Source: Tubiluchus corallicola (lineage: Eukaryota; Animalia; Priapulida). From it: a stretch of DNA of 64,000 nt. Shown in pieces: positions 1 through 58,421 of this stretch. Below the pieces are notes generated by a model, which worked only from the letters and a program-made list of their open reading frames with translations, did not search any database and was not told the origin of the DNA. The stretch lies in NCBI GenBank assembly GCA_030141605.1, contig JAQGDQ010000082.1, forward strand, positions 310,001-374,000, given 5' to 3'. Position numbers and translations under genes: made by a program. Within the stretch, counting starts at the first letter, position 1. The number at the start of each line of letters is the position of its first letter.

Positions 1-250
1 AATGGCTGGATATGTTACATCTTTTTTTAGATCTTCTGCAAGTTAGTCGGGAGGCACCAAAATATTTTAACAGAAATCAAACCAAAGTTTTAACATTGCG
101 TAATATTCATTTAACACTTTTTACTGTCATTATTCTTGTAAGAAATCCAATGCTGGCTAATAATATTATAAAAATTTTTAATTAATAAACAGGTTTTCTA
201 CATAAGATAAATAACACTGGGATGCTATGCGTTTTACATGTAAAGTACAC

Positions 251-291
<41 letters not shown>

Positions 292-471
292 TCTCTCTCT
301 CTGTATATATATATATATACAGAGGTTTCTGCACAGTTCTTTAGGCACCATTGTTTCAACCAATGAAAACTGAAAACTTGAATCTCCTATACCTATAGTA
401 CACAAAACTAGACATTCCATTGAATGTGTCCATTTTTCTGAGTCACTGTTTTAGGTGCGCAATGTGGTATA
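1..471 (-). other. Probable UNC5 3' UTR (end not determined)
   Basis: Lies directly downstream of the TGA. No AATAAA seen on the minus strand; an ATTAAA variant at about 177-182 is the only candidate signal. Confidence 0.6.
253..319. repeat. (CT)n followed by (TA)n microsatellite in the 3' UTR region
   Basis: Read directly from the sequence. Confidence 0.95.
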
Positions 472-43409
<42,938 letters not shown>

Positions 43410-43564
43410 CTGAAACAATGACAATGAAAGATGAAAAACCGAAATTTTGACACAAAAATTGGATCTTACTCCAAGCATGGGCCCACAAAAGTTAAAACAA
43501 GGATTAATTAAATAACAATAATTTGATGTACATAAATAACTTACAGAAATATTAGCAGATATTA

Positions 43565-43793
43565 TAGTAGTAGTATAATAGTACTAAGCAGCTACTTCTA
43601 CTACTACTCCTGCTACACCTGCTACTGCTACTACCAATGCTACTGGTGCTGCCGCTGCCACTGCTGCCGCCACCGCCACTGCCACCACAACCACTACTAC
43701 TACTACAACTAGCACTACTACTACTACTGCTGCTGCTGCTGCTACTACTACTACGACTGCTACTACTACCACCAGTACTACTACTACTGCTAT
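43565..43793. repeat. Compound (CTA)n/(CTG)n/(CCA)n trinucleotide repeat
   Basis: Read directly; source of the spurious Val/Ala ORF 43584..43772. Confidence 0.93.
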
Positions 43794-46700
43794 TAACAGT
43801 TTAACACTAATACATAATACTACAAACGTATCAGCCTAAAAAGCTAATAGAGGAAATGCAAGTTCTAGAGCATTTCACTGCGGTTCAATCCTGTGGATGG
43901 CAAATCAAGAAGATTGGCGCAGTCATACAAAACTTACTCAGTCCGCAATAACTCAGTACAAAAAATCGCACAGGAATTTTACCAGGGATTTTAATCAGGA
44001 ATTCTTCTAATTCCATTTGAAAGTGTGTCAGCGATGATAAATTAGAGTAGTTGCCACTAATTTGAACTGGAACCTTACTTCACTTATGTTGGGATAATTT
44101 CTCAACTTTTTATTCACTCAATGAAAATTTAAAATTGGTAATGCGTTATTCGTGTGACTAAGATATCAAGTATGGTATACCTGCAACTAAAACTACAACA
44201 GAAACGATGCACGCAAAAACATTTTACTATGGCCATCTCTAAAGCACGCCGCCTGCGCCCCCTTGTGGATCACACCATCCAAGATGATTTCATCACCTTG
44301 GATAATTGATTTAAAATTAATAGCAGAAGCACGTGATCTGAAGCTCTGTCACAGAGGGAGGGATGAAGGCTTGTTTAACCAACAAACAATGCAAAACAAT
44401 AACAGCAGCTGAGGGATTTTCCAAGTGTTTTATTTCGGCTTAGGGCGGGAATATTAAAAGCAGCATGGTGTCGAATTGCAGCTTTGTCAAAGGTAGCGGT
44501 ACACAAGGTAATCTAACGCCGTAATACCCGAAAAATGATGCAGCATATGTTTGAACAGGAACGAAGGTGGGCATGTGAATTTTCGACAGAGCGTCACTAA
44601 AATCAAGTAGCAATTGCTCAAACTTTCCAAAAGCATTGAAACCAAAAAGAGTCGGTGTATTATTGCTGAAACCATTTAGCTTACACGTGTATTACCATTA
44701 AACAGCACAAAATAGATATGTCCAATTGACTCAGGCACATTCATCTACACCATTTAAAATCAGTACCTATGCTATGGTAATGAAAATTACAATGCTTTAG
44801 TAGTCATAAACTTGTTAAATCGATTTTACTAACACTAACTGCTGGAAGGATTTTAAAATTTTAATACTCAAGCACATTTTAGGATAACCCAGTGTAACAA
44901 CCAGCTTTTTTCAGTTTTTTTTAGACATGTATTCACACAAGAGTAAACCAAACATACTCAACCGATATACAAGGGCATGTTCGCGGGTTTAGACCTAAAA
45001 TTGAACATTCAGTTTTGTTAACACTAATTGTCTCGAAATGCCCTAACTGTATAAAACTTTAAAATCGACATGCGTGTTTCACAACTCTTTTTAAAATTAC
45101 TGAATATTAACTCGATTTACTTCAAGGCCTCCATAACAAGCAAACATGTGTCACTTGGTAATGATCCCTCCAGGGGGCAGTAGTTAACTCGCTTATGGAC
45201 AAGCTTTCTTCAATAATTTTTAACAGAACAGTAGGCGGTAAAATTTAATGTTCCATTGAAGCATTTGCACCTTTTTACAAATGAAAAGCACGAAGTTTGG
45301 AGTGTTTTCAAATAAATACCTGTACTTAGTTTCCAGTTAAAATATATTTATCTTATAGTATTTTGAAAAGCATTTCAAAAGCTGATTTAGCTGAGCTAGC
45401 TCTGACAAATGAGGTACAAAATCTTATGATGATGTCATCATGCAGAGAACTAAATTTTGCGCATTTATACAAGAGGAATTGAAACGATTGTTGGCGCCAA
45501 TGCATTTCGATTTGGGCTGAACTCACTTCAATTTTTTTTACTATTTTTAGCATACGCGAGAACAGCAAACATCCCTGCTGCATATACCAGCCCTAGATGC
45601 ACTCCAAAAAGCTCGCACCATGCAGGGTCGTAAAGTAATTGGGTTGGGGAAAATAGCCTTTTCGGTAAAAACGTGAATAAACAAAAAGCAAACATTAAAC
45701 GGAATTACAACTTCCTGTCGCTCGAATATTCATGTTTCGGGAACAAAACCAATGTCCTGCCAGAAAAACAGTCACAAAAACTTCGAACAGAATAAAATTA
45801 CGGCGTAGTAAACCAAAAACAGAGAAACTGCAACACCTCTATATAATATACGAATAAAAAGACCTCTCTTATTTGAAACCAACGTTCACTTACGTCTGTT
45901 AACATGATTTTCGTGCAAGGGGGGTCTTTTCTGAAGAGTCGACAACTTTTCTAACATGTTTACCATTTCAGTTTAATTTTATACAGTACAGTTCTACATT
46001 TTCACGTATTTGTCCACTACATGTGCAGGTGTTGAGGAACGCGAAAAAGTTTTGTGCCTTGGGGTAGCATTGAATATTGTTGCCACATAATCATCTAAAT
46101 GCATCTATTTCTCTTCATTTGATTTGGGAACAAGTTTACGAGTTTTTCGCGTCAGAATACCACAGAAGATGATAAATCAGCGAGATTTACGGCGCTTTTG
46201 CTCCACCATACTTTGCTCAGAGCAGTAGTATTCTCTACGGCAAACGGGCCACAGATGGTGGGCTTGTTTTCTACGATACAACATGCTTGTCGGGTTTCGA
46301 CTTTTTTAATGGCCTACCAATGATTTCTTTTCACAATAAATTTATCTTTATTTACATTTGCGGCGAAGCTCACGAGATGTTTTTTTATATATAGGTATAT
46401 AAATTTTGTGCCTTGTCTGCGAGCTAGACACGTTGGCGTTTTCACTAACTTTTCTTTTACATATTTTTATTGTAGCCAATTACGCAATATGGAGTGGCTG
46501 ACTATAAGTCTTACAGCAAAGTTAGTTGACTATACGCACATACATGTATCCATAAAAATAACACCGAGTTCTAATAAAGCGAAATCTAATACATTTTAGT
46601 TAACTATTTATAAGTCAAAATTAGCTCCACAGGAAGTCTATAGCATGGACTGTAGAGAACTGTAGATAAGAATTATAGACTGGACTGTTAAGCATACCAC

Positions 46701-48140
46701 CGATATACATATAATTATTGTGCACTTCAGTTCATAATACACTCAAAATGCTGTGTCAGTTTGTTTACGTAATTATGATTTTAATTTGTGGATAAGATAT
46801 GGTCTAGTAGTTTGTTTTAACTCGCTATGGTCAACCGTATTTACATCCTCTCTCTCGGGTACACCCTTTCTCAATTGTACAGAAAACAGCCTGGACAGTA
46901 AGGCAAATGAAACTGGCCAAGACTAGTTTTTCCAGATGTTACCCATCTACTTAACAAACAGGTCTATAATTGCTTAACGTTCTACCTGAGGATGCACCAT
47001 GACTGCGCACTAATAATTTAAAAAAGTAAGTCTTGATTTCCAAGCACAGGTTGCTTCTGAGCAGTTTTAGTCTCTTCTGATCATATTTTGTTCTAATGTA
47101 ATTGAAGTTTTTAAAGTACATAACTCAAACACGAATTTACCTGTTTCCATAGTTGCAGGAGTTAAGATCACTAAGCACAGAGAAACAAATAGCCAGAAGA
47201 CGAACATGTTGAGTTCTTTAGCACTAAAGCAACATTTTCCACTCATGGTTGACACAGAACTTTACATTTTTCAGCTACGTGATCGATTATTGACCGATTG
47301 AGTCTTGATGGTTAAGTGAATAACATAGCAAAAAAACCTGAAAACGAGAAAAACAAGTTGTAACTATTTGTTTATCATGTTACTTTAAACCATACTACAA
47401 TGTAGATAAAAATATATAATTTTTGCAATCCACTGTATTATAAACAAACTTGCAAGCTGTAAGTCAGTACTTCAGCAATTTACTTAAGTTACTTTATTTT
47501 TATTTATTTATAATGCAGCAATGAACAGAAGTCAAATGACTTATATGTGATTAAAAACAATGTGTAGAATGTAAAATTACAACTAAAAGTACAGAATACA
47601 TGGTACATGGTTAGTACAATATGAACACACAAACAAGTGCAGATAAATTAAAAATGCGGGTAAAAAGATGAAGTTTGCGAAGTTATTCGCTTTGGAAGCT
47701 ACAGCAGATGGCAAGGTCTTCAAAAATAGCATATCAATCACAATCTCCACAATCCGCTTATCTGTCAGTGAAATTTAGTTTCAGTTGATCCAGAAGTACA
47801 CCTACAAGAAGGGGGTGTCCCGACATCAAAAGCTCATTAAACAAGAGCACGAGAACAATATAAAAGTGAATTAAAAACAGCAGCCAATAACGTTGCACTC
47901 AAATGGTACGTGTTGCACAGTTTGCGCAGGAGTTTGATATCGTACCACGTGAAAAAACGTTCCCCCAAACCCCTCTTGGTCTTTCTTTAAAAACATCCGC
48001 GCCGTCTGACTTTTCGTCATTAAGTTCTTTCTAAGCCGATCTAACGCACTAATAGTAAGCTTACTGTCAGTTCAGATCTGCTGAAAGATCGCTCTAATGT
48101 TTGCAAACAAAATGCTCCTTCAAAACGGCGCGTCTGTTTT

Positions 48141-48660
48141 CCGGGATTTGAACGAGGATTTGCTGTACATGATCTTCACGGTTGCCTAGCGCTTACTGCT
48201 TAAGCTGTCTTCTCATTTCGCAAAACAACTCAAGCAAGTAGAAATCTGGAAATCTTTTCTCATCGGTGGTTGTTAATGTTTTATGTTTGAAAAGCTAAAT
48301 ATTGGTAAGAGGGCTCTCGCAGAGGCGGTCAAACGGTTAGCAATCTTGCGCCAAAGTGTCCGTCTACGTTTTAGTACCTTCTCGTGTCTTAAATTTATAT
48401 ACATATTTATAATAGGCGGATGTATCTCTGTTACAACCCAGCGACATGTGCCCCTCTCTCAGTCACCTCAGACGCTCATGACACTAGATTCTCGCCTCTC
48501 CCGGCTACAAAGAACTGCTTCTGCAAAAGTTACAGAATTTAAAATCATTGTAGGTTTGTCGACTAAATTAAACATAGCTGCCCGAAAAGCAGACACTTGG
48601 GTTCGAGTCCCAATGGAGTACAAAATTTTCCAGCCTTTCTAATTTAGTACTGTCTCGTGC
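48141..48660. mobile_element. tRNA-related repeat remnant(s) with divergent Pol III B boxes
   Basis: Minus-strand head CAGCTTAAGCAGTAAGCGCT...CGTTCAAATCCCGG at about 48141-48207; perfect plus-strand B box GGTTCGAGTCC at 48600-48610. Confidence 0.4.
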
Positions 48661-50613
48661 GCTTACAGGATTAAATTATTAAATTACACGATATCATTTT
48701 TTATTTGCATGTCTTAGCAGCCACGATTGCTTAGTTGACTACGTAATGACTGCAAATCACGTGTTACACAATTATTATATCATAGTAACCACCATAATTT
48801 CAAAGTATCAAATCTATACTCAGGTTTCAATGTGCAGACGAAATTGTGGTGCAAGGACGAATCAACAGCCACCAAATTCACAAAACCACACGGCAGACTA
48901 TTTGTTTAGGTTGCACTATAAAACCCTGATGTTATGCAAGAAGCTAAATATAAACAAAGCAAAGCCGAAAAAAGAGTTAAAGAAGCATACACACAGCGCA
49001 CCTGCCATGTTGACTTATTAAGTTGCTAATCCCAGCAGAGCATTTCATGTAATACCATCTACACAGATTAGAAATGTTATGGATTTCGTGGATTAAATAA
49101 GAGTTTAATATCTCGTATCAAATTCCTTTAAGCCAATCGGATAAATGCGTCTGTAAAAATCACTTCACACAAAGAAAATGTGAGTTAACATGTAAACATC
49201 ACCATGTCTCATTTGCCCTAAAAAGAGTCTGAAAGAGAAGACAGAAACTAGCAAGCAGAAAGTAAATAATGCGCCCACGATTCGTCTACAACTTTCATTT
49301 GGAAATTTTGTCTCTAGAGAGTCTTTTAATGCCTATTAACTCATTTGGGCACAGTGCAGAAGACATTATTATATTATTACATACTTCATTCACATGCCGC
49401 ACATTCATAATTTCAGTTAGCTGAAAATTTCAATTTCAATAATCAATTTGGAGCTAGCTGAAACCCTAAAAACACCTTATATCACGATTTATTAGCACCT
49501 ACTCTAAAGGTGATTAAGTGAACACATTTAACATGCAATAAACATCATCGCACTGCATTTTCTGCAGTGGATATATCAAATAAGTATACTTCAACTATCG
49601 ACAAGAAATTTCAATGATACCCATGTTTTATATATGAAGGATACACATCCCACCATCTCACCATGCAGTTCAGTGGCTCATCTTAGAAATACAGCCTAAT
49701 AATGACTGAGATTCCGGTCTTGCCACAACGGACCAAGAATTATATTATGTTACCAATTTGCAGAGTTTGGGATTCTATCAGTCACACACACAAATCTTCA
49801 AAAAAATTCTAATATATTGGTTAAATATTACATTTCAGTTCACAAAAATTTGTGTGTTATATGATCAGCCAATGCAAATTTAAAGAGTTGACTAAACAAT
49901 GGAAACTTGTAAGAGAGTGACGATAGCTTTCACCAAGTAAAATTCGGTCTTTGCGAGCAAAATGTTATAGATTCGCCTTTTTGGCGACTGTAATCATTTT
50001 TGTGCCGTCGACTGCTCTTTCCATGAACAGTGTAACCAATCCCTCCGTCATTCTCACGACACAATGTCACCCAGCTTCTCTTTTGTAACAAGACTCCCCT
50101 TCTGATGAAGCTGATCCCTGCGCCAAGGACGTCGCCACCAAGCAGTCATATATATATATATATACGTGAGGTGAGTGTGACAAGTTAACCCAGAGAAGGT
50201 CTCAACTGAGCACTTTATTCTGTTTTGAAAAAAGATTTCACAACTTTTTCGCTTAATTTCTGAGTCTTAACGACTAAGTCTCGGATTCCTCCGCTGTAAG
50301 TATCTCCCCACATGTTGTTACACAAACAATGATATTTGGTAATGAAATATAAAAACCGACAATTTTATGCCAATTAACGACGCATTCGGGCTACTCTAAA
50401 GTTTGTTCTAAATTTACATAATGCTTGTCGGCTTGAAGGGGGTCACCATAGCAACATTAGTAAATGTAAAGAGAATTTCATACCGACAGTGTAGAATTAT
50501 TATGATATGAAATCAGTGAAATCAAATAACAAAAATATCGTTCAAGGAAACGAGCAATCAGACGTTAACTGCCTCTAGCACTAAGTCGTACTAACATACA
50601 TAGCATATACATT

Positions 50614-50651
50614 ACACGCACACGCACGCACACGCACACGCACACACACAC
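50614..50651. repeat. (CA)n and (CGCA)n microsatellite
   Basis: Read directly from the sequence. Confidence 0.9.
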
Positions 50652-51141
50652 TGATACAATACTAAATAACTACCTGCTCAGTACTTACAGTCTTTCCAAA
50701 AAAGTTGTACATATAGGAAGTGAAAAGTTTAGCACTAGTGCGCCTACTCCCTTCAAATATATATATTTACACTTCTCACAGGATTAAGACCATCGGCCAA
50801 GATTAACACCAATGGTCAAGCGGATCGCCAGGGGTCAAGCAATGCCGCACTGGTCAACTTTGTTTAACAAGCGTGTGAAACACTGGGAAGGACAGACTGT
50901 CCCTTAATCCTATGATTTACATAAACCTGTTGAGTTACTTAATACACCACTGTCCACCCCTTTTCTTCTTTTAATATACTTCTGAGTGTAATTATCTTTC
51001 TAAAGGAATTAGGTAAATAGGTAAATACATTACTATAGTTCACTTAGGAAAGCATAGGGGTGGCTGATCCAGTGTCAACCTTAGGTAAAAATGGTTTGCA
51101 CAAAGTGTTGGCTAGGTGAAGAGAAAACTTGTAATGGCAAT

Positions 51142-51220
51142 GAGGAGAGGAGAGGAGAGGAGAGAGGAGAGGAGAGGAGAGGAGAGAGCAGAGAAGAGCA
51201 TAGCAGAGCAGAGCAAAGCA
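51142..51220. repeat. (GAGAG)n and (GCAGA)n pentanucleotide repeat
   Basis: Read directly from the sequence. Confidence 0.9.
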
Positions 51221-54200
51221 CAGTCCAAATTTATTTGACCAATTTTAGCAACAGCATAATACAATCAACATTTCAAGGTTGTTACTTATCATTGAAATTG
51301 CTGCAAAAAACTTGAAGTAACTATTCACTACCGTGACTTCGCAGAGATATCAGAGGACAACTTGATTAACATTTAGCATTACTGTGATATTAGAATACTG
51401 TAATAGAAAAAAATTCTGGGGTTTTTAACTCGCGCAACGAATTCTCTGCAGCGCTATGGCTATTATTGTGATACATTGAGCTATTATGTAATAATTAGTG
51501 AAATGTAGTGACACAGCGTCAGTAATAAAGATATGAATAAACATGACAAATAATTGTGCGTCATTGTCTGTTCTGTACATCCTATTTTTCCCCGCCTTAA
51601 TGGGACAAACAAAGATTAATAGCTTACCAGGTGAAAAAACCGCCTTAACTCTTTACTCTTTCAATAATCTGTTTATAACCTAATAGAATGACACCCGACG
51701 AATTTTGCTGCCACAAATGAACACATTTACTGCTGTTAATGTGCATGGATCAAAGAGTTACAAGCTCAAATCCCCAGCGTTAGTAAACGCATCGCCTGCT
51801 CGTTTTCCTCTGTGTCACGCGCACCTGTTCATTCAATTGGATGAGGATGAATGGGTAACACAACCTCACCTGCGGTATTCAACGCGTTTCTCCCGAATAT
51901 TAACCCTCAGGCGCCGCTATTCTAACGTCTTTTTAACCCTTTACTCGCACGTGGCAAACAAACAATGGCTTCTCAACATTATATGACCTTGCATAAGGCT
52001 TTCAATGAAATATTTGCTGCGGTGAAATGTGATATGAAAGCATAATTTTCATTTGTGATAGACAGATCAACTTATTGAAGATTACGCAGAGATGAGATTT
52101 GCAAAATTTCTAGTGAACGGAATGCCAAAAGTAGACTTTCGTTCATTTAAAAGTTTCAAATCCTATATTATACTATGAAGATGGATAAAGGTTGAATGTC
52201 GCTGTGTGTTAATCAGCTAATATGCGAAAACAGTTAACAGAAAACAGTTAATTAAATGATACTTCGCAAAAAAAATCAACGTTTATCGTTATTAAACAAT
52301 AGATAAATAATAGCTACAGCAAACCAATTTCCTACTACTCTCACATTGACCCTATAAATTTGTACCATGTTTTTACATTAGGTTCTTCATCTGCAGCTAA
52401 ATTAGTAAAATTAGAATAAGATTAACGGATCATGAAGTTGTTTCGCAGCAAATAATTGATTAGCATGAGAAGTGAATATCATAAATAATTTGGCATAGAT
52501 ACTCGATTTTTTATTGTTAAAACTTCATCACCTCTTCCATATTTTTTGCTAAATTAGCAGTTTGAGCACGACGTTATGAGAATTAAGTTCTATTTTAGAT
52601 CAAATATAAGGTGTTTCCAACACTCTACGCTTAATCAATTGGTACATGCTTAATCAGATTTTATTACGGTATATTTGTTGTAAAATTTAGTATATCGATG
52701 TCCATAGCCTTTTTTTGTTTTAAATTGCTATACTTCTAACAGAAATATTTCTAGGTCAATGTAAGTAAAACACACTGATGCATTTATGAATAATAATATT
52801 ATGGTTCCCGCTTTCTGCCTAGTGGGACTAACAGGGTCAAGAGCAAATAGTCGGAACCCCACTACGCAGTTCTCATACAAATCTTTCCCTTTTATAATAA
52901 TAATTTTACAAATTTCAACGACAGTGACGCAAGCAAGAAGGAATTCACGCAGACAAACAGAAAATCGAGCGCATATATTCATACCGCAGAAGAGTTAAAA
53001 CTATGCGCGCCCATAAGTTTACGCAAATGCAGACAAAATATTTTCGAGTCGTCAGAGAACCCCATCTTGGCGGGATTATGATAAAATCCACAAAGCTTGT
53101 TTATTTGAAAATAATGGGACATCTGTTACTCCAACTCTCACTCTTGGGCGCCTTAGAAACCCAGAGATCAGAGGCTGAAACCCAGAAAGTCGACAAATAT
53201 GAACTATAAACAGGAGATCCCTATTAAAACGTCATTCAGACTTTCATCAGGGCTTCTTAATGTACTGTTGGCTTCATACCAAATTTTAGATTTTTAAACC
53301 ATTGATGTACTTCTGCAAAATACAAGCTATACAGCATTACAAATAGGTAATAGCTCAATCATTCTTTCTCAACAAATTCACTGACTCAGAGATATACAGA
53401 GTCGGTTGCGTCTCAAATCCAGGAGAGCCTGGAGTCGCTCTACGAATCGGATTTTGACCTCCGAGAAAGCCTCTTCATCTCGAAAATGATTTGAATTGTT
53501 TTCAGTTGGGATCAGTGCTTTTAACCCCACTTCGGCTCTAAGTAGTCCGACTTATCGTAACACAATCGTGTCGGAAAAATCCGAACGGAAAAGTGGTAAA
53601 ACGACGAATCGTCGAAATACTTGGTGTAACCGGTGGACTCTGGTACACTTCCACGTTTGCTAAAAACAGTGTCCAGCAAAAACTGGCGTTTTATACGAGG
53701 CATGCAAACTCATTAAATTAAAATGCAATAAAAACTTGTGTTACATTGCGCTCGCAATGCTATTAATCAAACAAATTACAAATTTAACAGGGTGAGTGGG
53801 CGTAGGAATGTAAAAGATGAAGACATAATCAAAACCGTCCACATGCATGCTGTAGCCATAAACACTCGTCGTTATTATAAGCTACGAACAATTTATTAGT
53901 TCATAACTTCTTGCAAACTTACATTAATTCACTAAATACGATTTGAACAAATTCAAATAAAGTAAATGTCTATGGAGAGAGAGAGAAAGAAAATGTTTGA
54001 TTATACATGTATAAGAACTATTGGAAAAGAGTTCCCTACTGGATACACGTTTTGAGTCCATTCAGTACATAAAAATAACGCAAGGCGTTTGGATACTACA
54101 GTAAAATGTTCACAATTCCTTCGGGTATAATGCCGCTATCTACAAATTTTACGCAACAGTTAAACGAACTTTAAAATTTGAGATGCCTTTTTTATACTAG

Positions 54201-57200
54201 AAAATTTTCAGATTACATTGAGTTTATTTAACTCATTTTCATTCAAACTATATTCAAACTACGTAGAATAACCGGCATAATCAAAAATTCTGATTTTAAT
54301 AAAGGACCCTTAACAAAGACAAACACATTATCAAGTTGTACTTACATCAATTTTTGGTATAAATAATCTTGTGTACTTGTAGTTCGCAAGCATCAGACTA
54401 AAGTCACTAAAGTATTGACAGTCTCTTTTAGAATCAACATTTTGCCTTTTCGAGGTTGTAGAGTTCCCAGATTTCATTTAGTTACATTTCGAGCAAATTG
54501 TTACAGTGGAGAGAAATGAAAAACGGTAAATCAAATAGCAGGGAAAGCAATAATGTCTTCTTAGAAGAATCACTGCAAATAAAGCGTGAATACCAAGTGA
54601 TAATTTTGAGAAACTAAAAAACTGATTTATTCTCATCAGCCGTCAGTACAACTCGAAAACCTCATTTTGTAAGGATTATCTTTTCGATGTAGATAAACGG
54701 TGCACCGTTTTCTGAAGAAATGACGAACATTTTCAGGATAGGCAATGGCCCAAATTATCTTAAATTACAGTCAATGGCTAATAAGGGAAAATCCAGCACC
54801 GCAATATAGCCGATATCTGTCATTACCGAAACAAATTTAGACATAAAACTATTGAAAGATGTTGGATTCGATGGTAAATTGACTTTCGCTGATCGATAAG
54901 ATACAGTGAACGCCCAGCTGATTGAAAGTTGCCAGACGTCTAGTTATTAATTGCTTCCTCCATTTCTATATCGCAGTGACAACAAAAGTATTTTAAAAGT
55001 AAGTTATTTATATGACGTTTGTTCTTTTGTAGATACTGTGTGATTTTTTGATATATATTTGTTTACCGCAATAAAGAAGAACTGTGCTGAATTAAAGTGA
55101 AAAAAATTTGAACTTTTTGAAAATACGACAGAAAATGCGAGAATGAATCGAAGACTGAAAAACTTGCAATGTCAAAGCAGAATCTGATGCCTGAAGATAC
55201 TTGCAAAAAACTGAAAATTCTGATATATAAAAGCGAACGTTGGCATTCCAACTGTGGGTGCTGAGCTTAAGCATCCCAGGCCCTTGGCGTAAAGGTAAGA
55301 AACCAACAAGCAAAGAAAAATGATGAGAGTGAACCACAGCAAGTAGGACCCTACAGGCTGGCAACATCAATCTATCAGCTGCTTCACTTCTAATTTTCTA
55401 CTCTGCTATGGGCTTTCAGCGCATCATTACAGCGCAAAAAGATTGCTGTCACCCTGGCACGGTTGCAGTTTCGATAGGTGGCAAATCATAGTTTCGGTAA
55501 ATGTAAAAAAAATAATACACCGCATACATTGCAGATTCAATGCTTTTGTCTAATTCTTCCACCATCTCTCGTTGACAATACATAGTATATGGGCACTGCC
55601 TCTCCAATCTCTTTAAATTTCACAACAACCACTTTATTTGCACTACTTTCACCCAGCAGACGTAATACTCACATTCTCAGAAGCCTTATTGTACTTTCCC
55701 TAACCCAAAATTCATGTGTAATCCGTATACAGCTTTTTCTCTGTCATAATTGACTAAAATAACAGAAATGGAACACAGTCATTTCAACTTAGTAAATAAA
55801 CATTCATTCTGCCGCTTTTCAAAAAATGGGTCTATCAGTATCAGAAAAAGAAACACGAAAAAGGTTAAATATTTAACGCTAACAACATAAAACTAACAAA
55901 CGTCAAACCTGTTAACTCTTGTACCGAATAACATTCATTATAAGAAATTAAAATTTAACTGTACTTTTGTCTAGAGTGTAGTCAATGCTTTATTAATAGT
56001 CAGCAAAATAAAGTGAAACTAAAAAGCTTATGCTGCGTACCTGACCAATTTACTGCTGAGCAAGTGATACCTATACCTAAACATAGGTAACTAACAATAC
56101 CTAAATTCTATTGTTCACAATAACGATGCAAAAACTTACCTCTTCCAGTTATAATATCCTTTATTAACTAATAATATATTGGATCCGTATAAAATCCTGC
56201 ACTACTAAGTTTCTGTTAGCCTGGACACAACTTAGTTGTTCATACAGTTGAGACCACACACTAACCGCATCATCGCAATTTGGCTCTCGAATACAATGAG
56301 CCGCTATCAGCTGTACGCTAAACATATACTCAGCTTCTCTGAGAGCCGACAGGGATGTGGGAGATAACATGAAGTGTGTGCGTGTGGCCACGTCATATTT
56401 TGGCAACGATGGGGAGGAACAGGTGGTCTAAAGATTACAAAGATTTGTGTAATAAGTAGATTTGTGTGGTTGAGTATAGTCACTGTACGTTACCAAAAAC
56501 GTTACTTAATCCGTACCTTACAAAAAATCAGAGAAAAGGGAGGAAGAGAAAAGATCAAAAGCAGAAAAAAGAAAAAAAACAAACAACCAACCAAATAGGC
56601 AATATTCATTCATTCATTCATTCATTCATTAATATATAAAGGAATAAATTAATGAATGTGTAAAGAAAAGTAAGTATCATGAAAATGTGAAACAGAACAA
56701 AGTGAAGCAAGAAGTAGCATGGATTATAAATGGATTGGTGCCCACTGGGAAAACTGATTCTGCTCTTAGAGTGACTAACACAATAATGCTAAATTACTTA
56801 TCAGCTAGCTACTTATGGCGAACACTTATCAGTATAATTTCATTTAGTATCATTTGCAGAAAATTAAAACAGCTTTTTACGAAATAAATGAATGCGAACA
56901 CGCTTAAGTCCCAGCTCCCTGACGAACATCTAGCTAATGTCCAGAGCCGGTAAAATGACCAGAGCAGCTCTGGCTGAACTGAGACGACGGAGAGATGTAG
57001 CTGATAAGGATGAAAGTTGATGTGCACTTTGTGTATAATGCTGTAGCTCTCCCATAGACAGGATAGGCACATTCATAAAATACCTCTGGCTAGAAAACAC
57101 GGGAAACAGAAATAATAGACATACATGGGAAACAGACTAACACAAATAAAAGATATGCAAGTAAACAAAATTGTGAATTTAAAAATAAATATGAGGTAAA

Positions 57201-58123
57201 AATTCTGTTGATGCTGTTTTGACAGTTTTGTGTAATTCAAAAACGTCGTTTTTTACCGTTAACGTGAAAATTTTTATTATACATTAAATGATAACATATA
57301 TAATAAATACATACAAAAAATGCATACATATAAATATATACATAAAATGATAATAATATACTAGACGTAACAAGGTTGCACTAAAAAATGTGCAACGGAA
57401 ATTGTCCGTAAGGATACATAGAACCGATGGTCCTTAAGAAGGGTCTAACTTTATTTGAGTGCCTATTTGCCATACGATTTTCATAAGTAAATTCCACCTT
57501 TCTTCCTTAATCAGTGAAGCTCTATATAAGTTACATAATTATTCTTATAATGAGCAAAAAATAAATGATGATATAACCTCCTCTGCGGTACACGTCTGTA
57601 AATCTGATTTTAATTTATTTATTCGCCCCGTAACACAGTTAAAGGTGGAAATTAAACTTCTGTTTACGCGCAACACTTTGACTATTGGTCATTTCATTTG
57701 TTAATAAGCACAAAACAGTACCGTCTGACGTGCATAATTACGGTTCATCTAAAGATAATACCTGTACCTAATCTTGACCATCAAACGTAACAATGGTCGA
57801 GCTATTGTTGGCCAGCCAGTGACCACTCGATGGACAATTGCCGGTGTCCAAACAGTTGATTGGAAGATTAGGACGTCAAGGAGACACTCAGGTGTTTATA
57901 GGATACGCATTAGCAGTCAATAAACTGAGAAAGTTTTGGCACATTTTCGATGTAAACGCCGGTAGGCATATGCTATAGACCAACAGGTGTCTGAAACGAC
58001 GTCAGACAAAAACACCCAATAAGTTCTTAAAGTATCGGAATGTCTCATGTCTTGGTCACTCGTGTGGCACACGTAAAGTGTACTTAGGCAGCTATCATAC
58101 CGATTACACTTCTATATTTTTGA

Positions 58124-58421
<298 letters not shown>

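Noticed and set aside
48575-48625. tRNA gene at the perfect B box GGTTCGAGTCC
   Set aside because: No A box at the right spacing and no cloverleaf; treated as a SINE-like remnant.
55092-55370. Minus-strand ORF MLPACRVLLAVVHSHHFSLLVGF... as the missing signal-peptide exon
   Set aside because: The hydrophobic core is interrupted by His residues and no convincing phase-1 donor was found.
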